A DNA stretch of 64,000 bases, taken from Nitrospirota bacterium (lineage in GTDB: Bacteria > Nitrospirota > JACRHJ01). The stretch's first letter is position 1. Each line of letters starts with the position of its first letter. This document shows, piece after piece, positions 35,140-46,168 of this stretch. The translations under genes were made by a program, and so were the position numbers. The notes below the pieces were generated by a model that worked only from the letters and a program-made list of their open reading frames with translations, did no database searches and was not told the DNA's origin. Location: contig CAVTDB010000009.1 of the NCBI GenBank assembly GCA_963733375.1, positions 1-64,000 of the forward strand. The letters are read 5' to 3'.

Positions 35140-36516
35140 TTAAGCTCTCAGATATTCCCATAAAGGCCCGGTGAAGCCGTAAGACCTGAGCCTCGTCCGT
35201 ATCTTGTCCGTCATCCTTAAGTGTATGCCCGGCATGATGAAGTTGGTGTGCTCGCGCCCGAACCTTGCAAGGGACTGGGACACGGCGTCCATGTCGAGCA
35301 TCGGCGAGAAATAAAACACGGGCTTAAGCCCCGGCCCGCCCTCTTTGATGACCCCTTCCTCCTTCGCGCGCCGCTCAAGACCCGTACCCGGAAAGACCCT
35401 GATGCCCAGCATCGCGATCACCGCGTTCGGCCTTAAAGACCTCCATCAGCGAAAGGCTCTGCTCCACCGTCCGGGCCGTCTCCCCGGCGCGCCGAGCAGC
35501 AGGCTGTGGCAGAAAGAAAGCCCGGCGTCCGCGCAGAGTTTTGAAGCTTTGACGATGTCCTGCACCCTGAACCCTTTGCCTAAGTTTGCAAGTATTTCAT
35601 CCACGCCGGAATCGGTCCCGAACTCCACTCCCTTGCAGCCCGCCTTCAGCATTAAATCCACCAGCTCTTCGTCCATGTGCGCGGGGTTCAGATAACAGCT
35701 CCAGGCCGGATTAATATCGCGGGAGATTAATTCCCTGCAGAATTCCTTTGCGTGGTCTATCGGGAAATTAAATACGTTGTCTACTATGAAAATGTGCTTC
35801 AGGCCGTATATTTTAAAAGCCCGCTCAAACTCGTCCGCCGAAAGCGAGGCGGACCGAAGGCGCACCTTGTGCCCCTCGACGATTGGATAAGTGCAGTAAG
35901 CGCAGCCGAAGGCGCAGCCGCGTTTCGTCTGGAGGTTGCCGGCCCCTCCTTCTTCCATGTACAGGGCGTTGTCGATTAAGTCCCTGTCCGGCCCGGGCGA
36001 GGCGTTTAAATCCGAAATCTTCCTGGGCGGGTTTATTCTTATTTCGCCGTTGTAACGGAAGACCAGGCCGGGGAGGTCGTTTATCGGAAGTCCTTCTCCT
36101 ATCCGCCGCAACAGCTCAGGGAAGGCTTCCTCGCCCTCCCCGATAAGTCCCAGGTTCAGCCCCAGCGCGTCCAGTATCTCGCGGGGCATCAGCGTAAACG
36201 CCGAGCCGCCCGCCACGACGAGCTTTGCGCCGATAGCTTTAAGAGTCTTTACGACTTGCAGGATGTCCGGGAGATAAGACTGGCTGTGCGGGAACGCGAC
36301 GTTGTCTATGTTCCTGATGGAGAGCCCTATGACATGCGGCTTGAACGCGCGCACGGTGTCTTTTATGGCCACCGGCACGTCCACCGCGAACTGGAGGTCA
36401 AGGAGCCTGACCTCGTGGCCCGCCTCCCGTACCGCCGCGGCCACGTATGCGGCCCCCAGCGGCGCGACAGGGTCCGGGAGGTTCTCCCGGTTACTCGAAA
36501 TGATCAGTACCTTCAC
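35140..36516 (-). CDS. B12-binding radical SAM protein, lipid-biosynthesis type (indel ~35450)
   Basis: N-terminal cobalamin-binding domain (PLGAAYVAA, GLSIRNIDN, GEGE); QTKRGCAFGCAYC CxxxCxxC motif. Confidence 0.88.
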
Positions 36517-36738
36517 GCGGCCTCCTCGAGTCCCTCGTAAAGCTCGCTTAAGGATTGAACATTTTTACCCGAAAGCCCCCGGTTTTACTGGATAATTCCG
36601 GGGATTGCGCCGGGATAAGGAAAAAAACATATAAGTCCAGGACTTTTATATCATAAAAGGATTATCCAAGGCAAGATAATAAAAAAAACAAGGAGTTTCC
36701 CGAAGCCGGAAGGCCCGTCCAGGAGGCGTCCGCCGTGG

Positions 36739-37503
36739 CTATTTGAAGTTCCGCCTCTGGAATACCAGCACGGAAACCGCCAGGATAGCCATGACGTACA
36801 TGAGGCCGTAGGTTATGGCCGACAGGACGAACCCGGCCGTGACGGGAATATTGTGCACCGTCTCGGACTTCACGTTGAAGTCCTGGAGGTTCGGCAGGAA
36901 ATAATAAAAGAAGTTCAGCAAAGCCGACGCCCCGGCCGAGCCCGCCTTTGCCGCAAGCCCGCGAAGGTCGCCTGTCATGTTTCCTATCACGTAAATGGCC
37001 AGCGCATAACTCGCGGAGAGCGTGGGGGTCGAGAACGTGGAGAATAAAATCGCGGAGGCCGTCACGACCAGAAGCTCGACGTATATCAGGAGCACCGCAA
37101 TCAGCGTCTGCCAGGGGAGGGTATTGGTGTATGCCAAAAGTACCAGCATATAACAGACGGTCATTACCGCGACATAAGACAATAGCGTGAGGGCGAGCCC
37201 GAGGTACTTGCCCAGGAGGAACTGCCACCTCTTGATGGGCTTGGAGATGATGGTATAGATCGTCTTTTTCTCAAGCTCTTTATTCACAAGGCCGATGCCC
37301 ACGAAGATGGCGATTATGACCCCGAATATCTCTATGCCCGAAAGGGACAGGTCCTCGATTATCTTGGACTGCTCCCCCACCGTAAGCGTGGAGAGGAGCA
37401 CGGACGCGCCCAGAAGGAGAATGGCGAAGAAGACAAGGGAATAAAATATCTTGTCCCTGATGACCTCTTTAAAGGTGTTTATGGCGATGGCGTAAACTTT
37501 CAT
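36739..37503 (-). CDS. ABC permease, PilI-like
   Basis: IAINTFKE.IRDK, KE.EKKTIY...SKP..R..F.LGK; six TM segments; next to pilins. Confidence 0.85.
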   Translation of the reverse strand: MKVYAIAINTFKEVIRDKIFYSLVFFAILLLGASVLLSTLTVGEQSKIIEDLSLSGIEIFGVIIAIFVGIGLVNKELEKKTIYTIISKPIKRWQFLLGKYLGLALTLLSYVAVMTVCYMLVLLAYTNTLPWQTLIAVLLIYVELLVVTASAILFSTFSTPTLSASYALAIYVIGNMTGDLRGLAAKAGSAGASALLNFFYYFLPNLQDFNVKSETVHNIPVTAGFVLSAITYGLMYVMAILAVSVLVFQRRNFK

Positions 37504-38430
37504 TTGCCTCTCCCCTTCCCGACCTCTTCCATGAACAAGTCCTCAAGCGAGCCTTTGTGCGGTATGAGCGATATTATCTCGCCGCCGGAATCGAACACCA
37601 GTCTCTTGGCTTTGCTTGCGGCCTCCGGATCGTTAAAAATGGCTGTGGCCAAGCGATCGTGCACCACCATCGCCGATTGCCATGCCTTCCACCTTGGAGA
37701 GGTTCGCGCCGCTTACGCCTTCAAAGGTCATCTCGACCGATTTCACGCGCATGCCGGACAGAAGCTCGCCTACCGTCCCCATGGCCCTGAGCTCGCCCTT
37801 GACCAGTATCCCCACCCGGTCGCATATCACCTCGACATCGGGAAGGATGTGCGTGCTGAAGAAAATAGTTTTACCCTTTTCCTTAAGCCCCAGGATGATG
37901 TCCCTGACCTGCTTTCTGCCAATAGGGTCCAGCCCGCTCATCGGCTCGTCGAGCACGACAAGCTCCGGGTCGTTGATAAGCGCCTGCGCTATGCCTATCC
38001 TCTGCTGCATCCCTTTGGAAAACTTCCGAAGCTGAAGGTCCCTGGCGCCGGAAAGTCCGACCATGTCAAGCAGTTCGTCGGCCCTGGCCATCCTTTCCTT
38101 TTTCCGGATGCCGAATAGCCTCCCGTAGAAGTCCATGAACTCCGCCGCCGTCAGGTAATCGTAGAAGTACGGCTGCTCGGGCAAAAATCCTATATTCCTC
38201 TTCACCGCCACGTCGCCAAGGGGGCGGCCCATCAGCCACGCGGCTCCGCCGGTGGGATAAACGAGGCCCATCAGTATCTTGATAGTCGTCGTTTTCCCGG
38301 CGCCGTTCGGGCCCAAAAAACCGAACACCTCGCCCTTTTTTACCTCCATCGTCAGGCCCTTCAGCGCCAGTACGCGCTTTCGCATGAACCCGACCCTGAA
38401 CTCCATCTGTAAGCCTTCCGTCCGGATCAT
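37500..38430 (-). CDS. ABC ATP-binding protein, PilH-like (indels in the C-terminus)
   Basis: GPNGAGKTT, FSKGMQQR, LDEP.SGLDP, C-terminal SLEDLF. Confidence 0.92.
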
Positions 38431-39309
38431 CTCTTCTTCCTTTTGGGGTATATCCTGAGCCTCCGGGGCATCATCGTGTTAGACGCCTCTCCGGTTTCGG
38501 GGTTTATGATATACCTGCCGCCAAGTTCGTCTTTCGGTTCGCCTCTTATCAGCCCCGCGGCCTTCAGCTCATCAACGGAAGCCGGGTACCTGCCGTATTT
38601 ATCTTTGAAATCCTTCGATGCGTTTTCGAGCGTGTCGAGGTTGATCTCGACCTGGAGCTCCTTCATCCTCTGCCGGAGCGCATCCTTCACCTTCTCGTCC
38701 GTCGTGTTTTTATAAATTGTGTAGGTCAAGTCAAGGCCGAAGCGCGGGTCGCCGGACTGCGCGTAAAGGCGAGAGGCAAGCAGGGGGACGAAGGCAGGCC
38801 TGCCTGGAAGCTCGGCGGCCCTTCCCATGAAATAAGCTGCCAGCTTATAGTCCCGCAAATACAGGAAATAGTTTGCGCTCAGATAAAAAGGCAGCCGCCA
38901 GTACCCGGGGTTGTTATCGAATCCTTTTTTTAAAAGCTTTACGCTTAAATCATAATTGCCGCTGACTGCGCTTAAGAATATGCCCCCGGCTTCGTACATG
39001 TACGAGAACTTCGGGTCTAAGTCCGTCGCCGCGTCCAGGGCGTGGTATATCCACTCGGCCTGTTGCGGCGGGACTTTCTTCTCCCCCATCACCTGAATCG
39101 CCCGAAGCCAGATGAGGTCCGCCACCAGGGAGTTATGCCCAAGGGATATTTTTTTAAGGTACTCGCCCTTCGGGTATCCGGGCAAGTCCCTGGATTACCG
39201 TGCGGCTGGCCGTTTGCCTTTCTATTTGTTTTTGAAAATTGTATATGAGGGCGCCGTCCAGTATCAAAAACAATATGAGGAATATGCTCGCTGATCTCAT
39301 CCGGCTCAT
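38427..39309 (-). CDS. PilG-like membrane-anchored TPR-like protein (indel)
   Basis: N-terminal TM; ADLIWLRAIQ, TDLDP.F...Y, LLKKG, P.DELGG.Y; lies between pilin and ABC genes as in deltaproteobacterial pil loci. Confidence 0.7.
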
Positions 39310-39426
39310 CCTCAGGGTTCTCCGATGCAGGTATAACACAGTGCTTCCTGAAAAAATTTTGAAAAATATTTATACCATTTTTAAAGGGGTTTTTACAGAA
39401 AAAATGAAATAAAACCGATGGATGGG

Positions 39427-39462
39427 AAAAAAATCGGGGGTGATTGCTCACCCCCAGATTTT
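39427..39462 (-). terminator. Terminator after the major pilin
   Basis: AAAATC-GGGGGTGA...TCACCCCC-GATTTT stem with a U-run. Confidence 0.7.
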
Positions 39463-39493
39463 AAAACTGAATTTCTGGCCGTAAGGCTAAATG

Positions 39494-39978
39494 CTAATAA
39501 CCTGGTTTGGTGTTATCAAGAACCCTGAGATTGGTATAGGTCCACTCGTCGTGCACGGCGTTCTTGCCGATAGTCGCCGGTTGCGGTCGCCGCGTAGAAA
39601 GTCGCGTTAGCAAAAGACGTACTGACTTCCGCGGTCTGTGCCGCCTTTGCCCTGAGTATGAGCGTAATACAGCGGCCCATCATAGTAATAGTCATAACGG
39701 GCAGTACCCGTGACACTCACCAGCCCAAGGGGTTAGTGCTGGGTAGCAGTGGTGTCCCGCGGTCGCCGGCGGGTGTTATAGGTGTCCTTCTCCGCATGAT
39801 AGGCCTCGGCGCTGGTGCCGAGGGAGCCGAGGTTCATCTTCGCCTCGGACTGCTTGGATTTGGCCTGGTACTTCAGGAAGTTCGGGATGGCGATGGCGGC
39901 CAGGATGCCGATGATGGCCACGACTATCATAAGTTCGATGAGTGTGAAACCTTTTTTCGCGTGCAGGAACTTAAACAT
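39494..39978 (-). CDS. pilA: Type IVa major pilin (variable C-terminal half heavily frameshifted)
   Basis: [39 protein letters not shown]; downstream fragments [23 protein letters not shown]...NTKPGY*. Confidence 0.9.
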
Positions 39979-40106
39979 TTTTTTTCCCTTTCTCTGGTTT
40001 TCTTACCGCTGTTTTTCCGCTGTTCTTATTTGTCGCTCTTGCCCTTCCCCTTTTATCCCCCCTTTCCCGGGCGGTCTGATGTTTTTTTCTCTATGCTCGT
40101 TAATAT

Positions 40107-40122
40107 AGCAATCTGCGTGCCA
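40107..40122 (-). promoter_or_regulatory. sigma54 (-24/-12) promoter of pilA
   Basis: TGGCAC-GCAGA-TTGCT, consensus match; pilS/pilR are adjacent. Confidence 0.92.
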
Positions 40123-40195
40123 GAAATTTGAATTATCAACCTCCTAAAAAATAAGATAATTTCATAACAGTGATAAAAGGATTTAACACCATAAG

Positions 40196-40230
40196 TGATG
40201 TAAATCATCACGGATTGATGATTTACATCA
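40196..40230. promoter_or_regulatory. Perfect 15-bp inverted repeat (candidate PilR enhancer or hairpin)
   Basis: TGATGTAAATCATCA-cggat-TGATGATTTACATCA, ~75-110 bp upstream of the sigma54 site. Confidence 0.55.
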
Positions 40231-40730
40231 GTGCAGGACATCGTCGTAGTCGTTGATTCAATTCGCCATTTTGGTTTATGGACCAGACATCGTAAGCGGG
40301 GTCTTTATCCATGTTGCCGGCCGCGATGCAGGTGAATGCAGATGCGGAAGCGCCTGGGGGCGTGTTAAAATTCATAATCGTACCTGTCGGGGGGGCCGTG
40401 CTCCCGGGGTGCCGTGTTGGCCTATCCAGGAAGTCGCGTCCCGAATGCCGTCGGGTGCGGTAATCGTATAGTCGTAATATTTCGCGCCTCCCGCCAGCCC
40501 GAAGCCAATGTCGGTGAAGCTGTCTGAATATGTATCGTATTCCGCAAAGTACGCCTGCTCGTTAGTGAAAACTCCCCCCAGAGTTCGCCTTCGCCTCGGC
40601 CTGCTTTGTCTTGGCCAGGTAGCTCATCAAGTTAGGGATGGCTATCGCCGACAAAATACCGATGATTGTCAATGACGAGCATCAGCTCTATCAGCGTAAA
40701 ACCGCCCCGATCTTTTAATTTGCTGTTCAT
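40228..40730 (-). CDS. Second type IV pilin (about four indels; not in the ORF track)
   Basis: [17 protein letters not shown]...IIGILSAIAIPNLMSYLAKTKQAEAKAN.LGGVFTNEQAYFAEYDTY...AFTCIAAGNMDKDPAYDVWSINQNGE...DYDDVLH*. Confidence 0.88.
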
Positions 40731-40795
40731 TAAGTTTTCCGCGGTTAGGTTTGGACCATATTACACTATTTCTAAAGTAAAAGCAATAATCATGC

Positions 40796-42161
40796 CTATT
40801 CCAGCCCATGCTTTTTCAGCCGGTGCCGGAGCGAGGGGAACGTGAGCCCCAGGAGCCTGGAGGCCTCCGTCTTGGAGCCGCCCGTCTTGTTCAGGGCCTT
40901 AACCAGGTAATTCTTCTCCATCTCGTCCAGCAGGCTCTCCAGCTCTATCCCGCTGTCCGGTATCTCGTCCGGAAACTGCCCCCCGCGCCTCCTGCGCTCG
41001 CCCCTCAGTTCGGCGGGGATGTGGTCGATGGTAATGAATACGCCTTCGCTCAAGGTGCACGCGCGCTCCATCACGTTCTCCAGTTCCCGCACGTTCCCTC
41101 TCCAGTTATATTCCGTAAGAAGCGCCATAGCCTCGGGCGCAATCCTCATGGAATCAGCGTCCTTGCAGAATTTCCTTAAGAAATGCTCCGCCAGCGCCGG
41201 GATGTCTTCTTTACGGTCCCTGAAGCGGGGGCATGTGGAGCGGGATGACGTTCAGCCTGTAGAACAGGTCTTCGCGGAAATTTCCCTTGGCTATCTCGTC
41301 TTTTAAGTCCCGGTTCGTGGCGGCGATTATCCGGACGTCAACTTTTATGTCGGCGGTCCCGCCTACCCGCTTGAACTCCCTCTCCTGGAGCACGTGCAGG
41401 AGTTTCACCTGAAATGTCAGGGTGGTCTCCGCTACCTCGTCCAAGAAGACCGTCCCGCCCTGGGCCACCTCGAAAAGGCCCGCCTTGTTCTCCACCGCGC
41501 CCGTAAAAGAGCCCCTGACGTGCCCGAACAGCTCCGACTCTAAAAGATGCTCCGGCAGCGCGCCGCAATGGATGTACATGAACGGCTTGTCGCGCCTCCC
41601 GCTCAGGTTGTGCACGGCCCTCGCCGCAAGCTCTTTTCCGGTGCCGGACTCGCCGGTGATAATCACGGTGCTGGCCTTGTCCGCCACCTTGGAAATAAGC
41701 TCGAACACCCTCTCCATCGCCGGCGAATGGCCGATGAAATTCTGGAAACCTTTCTCCGCCTCCAGTTCGCGCCGGAGCAGGACGTTCTCTTCGCGGAGCT
41801 GGCGCTTCTCGAGGGCGTTCTTCACGACCAGCTTTATCTCTTCCACCTTAAAGGGCTTCATTATATAGTCGTACGCGCCGGCCCTCATCGCCTCAACCGC
41901 GCTCTCGGCCGTCGCGTATGCCGTTATCATAACCACCACCGTCTCCGGCGAGTGTTCTTTCACGACCTTGAGGAGGTCCGCCCCGCCCATCTTGGGCATC
42001 CGGACGTCCGTTATCACAAGGTCGAATATATCCTCTTTCAGGAGCTTCGCCGCCTTCTGGCCGTTCTCCGCCGTGACCGGGACATGGCCCTCCTTCTTCA
42101 GCATGATGGAGAGGAAGTCCCGCATTGATTTCTCATCGTCTACGACAAGTATCCTGCCCAT
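40796..42161 (-). CDS. pilR: sigma54-dependent response regulator PilR (indel)
   Basis: Receiver domain, [41 protein letters not shown], Fis-type HTH. Confidence 0.9.
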
Positions 42162-43817
42162 CAATCCGCCCTCCCGGCGGGTATGTTCACCGTGAATTTA
42201 GTACCTTTGCCCGGCGTGCTTTCCACTTTTATCCTCCCGCCGTGGTCCTCGATTATCCTGTACACAATGGCCAGCCCAAGCCCGGAGCCGCCTTCTTTCG
42301 TGGAGTAGAAGGGGTAGAATATCTTGTCCAGGTCTTCTCCGGGAATCCCTTCGCCCTCGTCCTCCACGGAGATAACGGCCTCTCCCCAGAAGGACCCCGC
42401 CATTACCTTCACCGTGCCCGGACCGGATAAGGACTGTACCGCGTTCAGCGTCAGGTTTAAAAGCACCTGCCTCATCTGGCCGTGGTCCGCCTTTATCAAA
42501 ACCTGGCTTTCCGGCAGGTCCACCGAGAACCTCACGCCTTCGGCGTACTCTCCTCCGCCCTTGACCAGGTTTACCGTATCCCTTACTATTTCTACGATAT
42601 CGCACTGCTCCTTCACGGGCGGCTTCGGCCTGGCGTAGATCAGGAACTCGGTCACTATGCGGTTCAGGCGGTCCATCTCGTTTAAGGCGATGTCCATCAG
42701 GTTTCTGTTGTCGTCGGACAGTAATAGCTCGCTTTTTAATATCTGGAGCGACCCGGACAAAGAGGCCAGCGGGTTTCTTATCTCGTGCGCCATGCCCGCG
42801 GAGAGCTCGCCGATGGCGGCTAACCTGTCCTTCTTCTTTATCTCCGCCTCCATCTCCTTTATCAGCGTTATGTCCTGGAATATGCAGAGCAGGCCGCCCG
42901 CATCGCCTTTTTCATTCTTCAGCAAAGACACCGTCAGCCCCAGCGTAAGTCCCTTCCCGCCCTTCTGGAATGACACTTCGCAGCGGCAAGGCGACTTCTC
43001 AAGGGACCTTATATCTCCAAGTTTATCGACCGAAATCCGGAATCCTGAAAACCTGGTCGAGCGTGCGCCCCTGGACCTCTTCGAACTTAAGCCCCGTTAT
43101 CTCGTGGGCGGCATTATTTAAAGCGCCGATCCTGCCGTCCAGGTCCATCGTGACCATGCCGTCCGCCATGCTCCGGACGATGTTCTCGTTTAACGCCTGG
43201 AGTTCCCTCAGGTCGAAGGCCTTCTCCTCCAGCTCCTTCCTCGCCGCCTTCAGCCTTTCGGACAGGCTGCTGGAGAGGAAGGCCACGGTATAGAATGCGA
43301 CGAAATTCAAAAAAATGTTATAGAATATTTCGCTTTGGGTGTACAGGCGGTCGGGAGAGGGCATGATGACGCCGTAATACTGCAAATCCACTAAAGCCCC
43401 GTATACTATCCCGGCCACCGACGCGATCAGGAAAGCGCCCCGCCTGAAGAGCATTATACCGGCGGCGATTATGGAGAAGAAAAAGGTGAACGAGAACGCG
43501 CTGTCCACGCCCCCCGTAGCGAAGACGATGCTCGCCTCCAGCCCCAGGTCAACCAGTATCTGCGCGTAGGTGAGCGGGGCAAGGTTCCCGATACTGTTAA
43601 AGAGGATAGAATAGAAGATGGTGAGGAAATAGGTCGCGATGATGATGAAGTAGATCGAACTCGGCACCGTGCGGGACTGGTATATCTGCAGGATGGCCAA
43701 TGACCCGAGCAGGAGGGTGACGACCGTCACCCTCAGTATCATCAGCCATTTTACCTTGGGCCTGAGCTCCCGGTCGTTGAAACCGGCTTCGCCTTGGCCT
43801 GAACCCTTAAGAGCCAT
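42161..43817 (-). CDS. pilS: Sensor kinase PilS (indel ~43000)
   Basis: Six TM segments, [30 protein letters not shown]. Confidence 0.88.
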
Positions 43818-45043
43818 TAACCTACTACGTCTGCCAGGTGGAATATCGGCAGGTACATCGCGATGATTATAAAGCCGACGGAGATGCCGAGGAACACCAT
43901 CAGCGCGGGCTCCAGCGCAGCCGTCATCGCCTCGACCGCCGAGTCCACTTCATCGTCGTAGAAATCGGCGATCTTCGAGAGCATGGAGTCCAAAGCGCCT
44001 GTAGTCTCGCCGACCGAGATCATCTGCGTTACCATCGGCGGGAAGACCTTCGAGCGCTGAAGGGGTTCCGAGAGCGTCTTGCCCTCGCTGATGCTGGCGC
44101 GGGTCTCGAGGACCGTGTTCTCGACGACTTTGTTCCCGGCCGTCTTCGCGACTATCTCAAGCCCGTCCATGATGGGAACGCCCGCCCCCATGAGCGTGCC
44201 CAGGGTGCGTGTGAACTTCGAGACGGCGATTTTCTGGATCAACGGTCCTACGATAGGGGCCTTCAGGAGCATCCTGTCCATGACAAGCCTTCCGGATTTG
44301 GTTGAATAATATTTCCTGACGGCGAGGATTACGGCGACAATAATGCCTAAGACAGGCAAGATTTTCGTTGGGGTGGTCATGAATTTGCTTATGCCTATGA
44401 CGACCAGCGTGGGGCCGGGAAGCTGCCCGCCCATGTCAGCGAACATCTTCGAGAACATCGGGATGACGAAGATCATCAGGATTGCAATGACGCCGACGGC
44501 GACCGTCATGACTATCGAGGGATAAACCATCGCCGACTTTATCTGCTTCTTCATCTTCATGTTCTTTTCTATGTAAGACGTGAGCCTCCCCAGGATGGTG
44601 TCGAGGATGCCGCCCGCCTCGCCCGCCGCGACCAGGTTCACATACAGGGCGTTGAATATCTTGGGGTGTTTGCCCAAAGCGTCCGCATATGTGGAGCCGG
44701 CCTCCACGTCAAGCCGCACCTGGCCGATGGCCTTCGCCAGGACCTTGTTGTCGGTCTGGCGCTCCAGTATCTCCAGACACTGGACCAGGGGCAGGCCCGC
44801 GTCGATCATGGTGGCGAACTGCCTGGTAAAGATTACGATGTCCTTGTCGGAGACGCCGCTCCCGAACGCCGGGAGCTTTATGTCCATCTTCATCCCGGAC
44901 TTGGCGTTTATGGAGGTGACGACGACTCCCTGCCTCCGGAGCTGTGAGATCACCTCGTCTTTGTTGTTCGCCGACGTTTCGCCTTTGGTAGCCTTCCCGT
45001 CCCTGCCCTTGCCGGACCAGGTAAAAGTAAGTGCAGAGGCCAT
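43817..45043 (-). CDS. pilC: Type IV pilus platform protein PilC
   Basis: FTRQFATMIDAGLPL, AGEAGG.LD, K.AMVYP, GE.TG.LD.ML, AMYLPIF. Confidence 0.97.
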   Translation of the reverse strand: MASALTFTWSGKGRDGKATKGETSANNKDEVISQLRRQGVVVTSINAKSGMKMDIKLPAFGSGVSDKDIVIFTRQFATMIDAGLPLVQCLEILERQTDNKVLAKAIGQVRLDVEAGSTYADALGKHPKIFNALYVNLVAAGEAGGILDTILGRLTSYIEKNMKMKKQIKSAMVYPSIVMTVAVGVIAILMIFVIPMFSKMFADMGGQLPGPTLVVIGISKFMTTPTKILPVLGIIVAVILAVRKYYSTKSGRLVMDRMLLKAPIVGPLIQKIAVSKFTRTLGTLMGAGVPIMDGLEIVAKTAGNKVVENTVLETRASISEGKTLSEPLQRSKVFPPMVTQMISVGETTGALDSMLSKIADFYDDEVDSAVEAMTAALEPALMVFLGISVGFIIIAMYLPIFHLADVVG

Positions 45044-45064
45044 GTTTAACCCTCCTTTTAGATG

Positions 45065-46162
45065 CTATCTCTTCAGCACAGGTTTGCCATGGGAATCCCG
45101 CGACTTGGAAAGCATCCCCAGGAATTCCTCCGGAACCGGACTTCTTCCCAGGGCCTCGTCGTAGGATATTATCCGCTTTGTAAAGAGGTCGAAGAGGGCC
45201 TGGTTCATCGTCTGCATACCGAACCTCGACTGGCCCGTCTGCATGGACGAGTAAAGCTGGTGCACCTTGTCCTCCCGGATGAGGTTCCTTATCGCGGGAG
45301 ACGGGATCAGTATCTCGGCGGCGAGCGCGCGCCCCTGCCCGCTCATCTTAGGGACAAGCTGCTGGGCGATAATGCCCTCCAGCACGAAAGAGAGCTGTGC
45401 GCGGATCTGCGGCTGCTGGTACGGCGGGAACACGTCGATAATCCTGTTTATGGTCTGGACGGCGGAGTTGGTATGGAGTGTGGCCAGCGCAAGATGGCCG
45501 GTCTCCGACACGGTCATGGCGGCCTCCATGGTCTCCAGGTCCCTCATTTCGCCGATCAGCACCACGTCCGGGTCCTGCCTGAGGACGTACTTGAGGGCCT
45601 GCTTGAAGCTCTTTGTGTCCGCGCCGACTTCCCGCTGGTTCACGACCCCCTTCTTGTGCTGGTGCAGGAACTCTATGGGGTCCTCCACCGTGATGATATG
45701 CTCGTGCCGCTCGGAGTTTATCTTGTCCAGCATGGAGGCCAGGGTCGTGGACTTGCCTGAGCCGGTCGGGCCGGTGACGAGTATCAGCCCACGTGTCTTC
45801 TTCACCAGTTCGTCCACGATGGGCGGGAGGTTCAGTTCCTCGAACGAGAGTATCTTGAACGGTATCGTCCTTACCGCCGCGGCGACGGCGCCTCTCTGCA
45901 TGAAGACATTCGCCCTGAAGCGGGAGAGCCCTTTTATGCCGAAGGAGAGGTCAAGCTCGTCGTTCTCCTCGAACTTGTGCTTCTGCACATCCGTCAGGAT
46001 GCTGTAGCATATCTGCTTCGTCTCCGCGGCCGAGAGCGGAGGGAGGTTCATCGGGACCAGCTGGCCGTCGATCCTCAACTGGGGCGGAGAGCCCGTGGTG
46101 ATGTGCAGGTCGGAGGCCCCCTTGTCGATCATCGTCTGTAGAAGCTGGTGCAGGTTTGCCAT
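45065..46162 (-). CDS. pilT: Retraction ATPase PilT
   Basis: ASDLH, GPTGSGKSTT, EDPIE, LRQDPD, TGHL..TLHT, AIRNLIRE, GMQT. Confidence 0.98.
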   Translation of the reverse strand: MANLHQLLQTMIDKGASDLHITTGSPPQLRIDGQLVPMNLPPLSAAETKQICYSILTDVQKHKFEENDELDLSFGIKGLSRFRANVFMQRGAVAAAVRTIPFKILSFEELNLPPIVDELVKKTRGLILVTGPTGSGKSTTLASMLDKINSERHEHIITVEDPIEFLHQHKKGVVNQREVGADTKSFKQALKYVLRQDPDVVLIGEMRDLETMEAAMTVSETGHLALATLHTNSAVQTINRIIDVFPPYQQPQIRAQLSFVLEGIIAQQLVPKMSGQGRALAAEILIPSPAIRNLIREDKVHQLYSSMQTGQSRFGMQTMNQALFDLFTKRIISYDEALGRSPVPEEFLGMLSKSRDSHGKPVLKR

Positions 46163-46168
46163 AGTACT

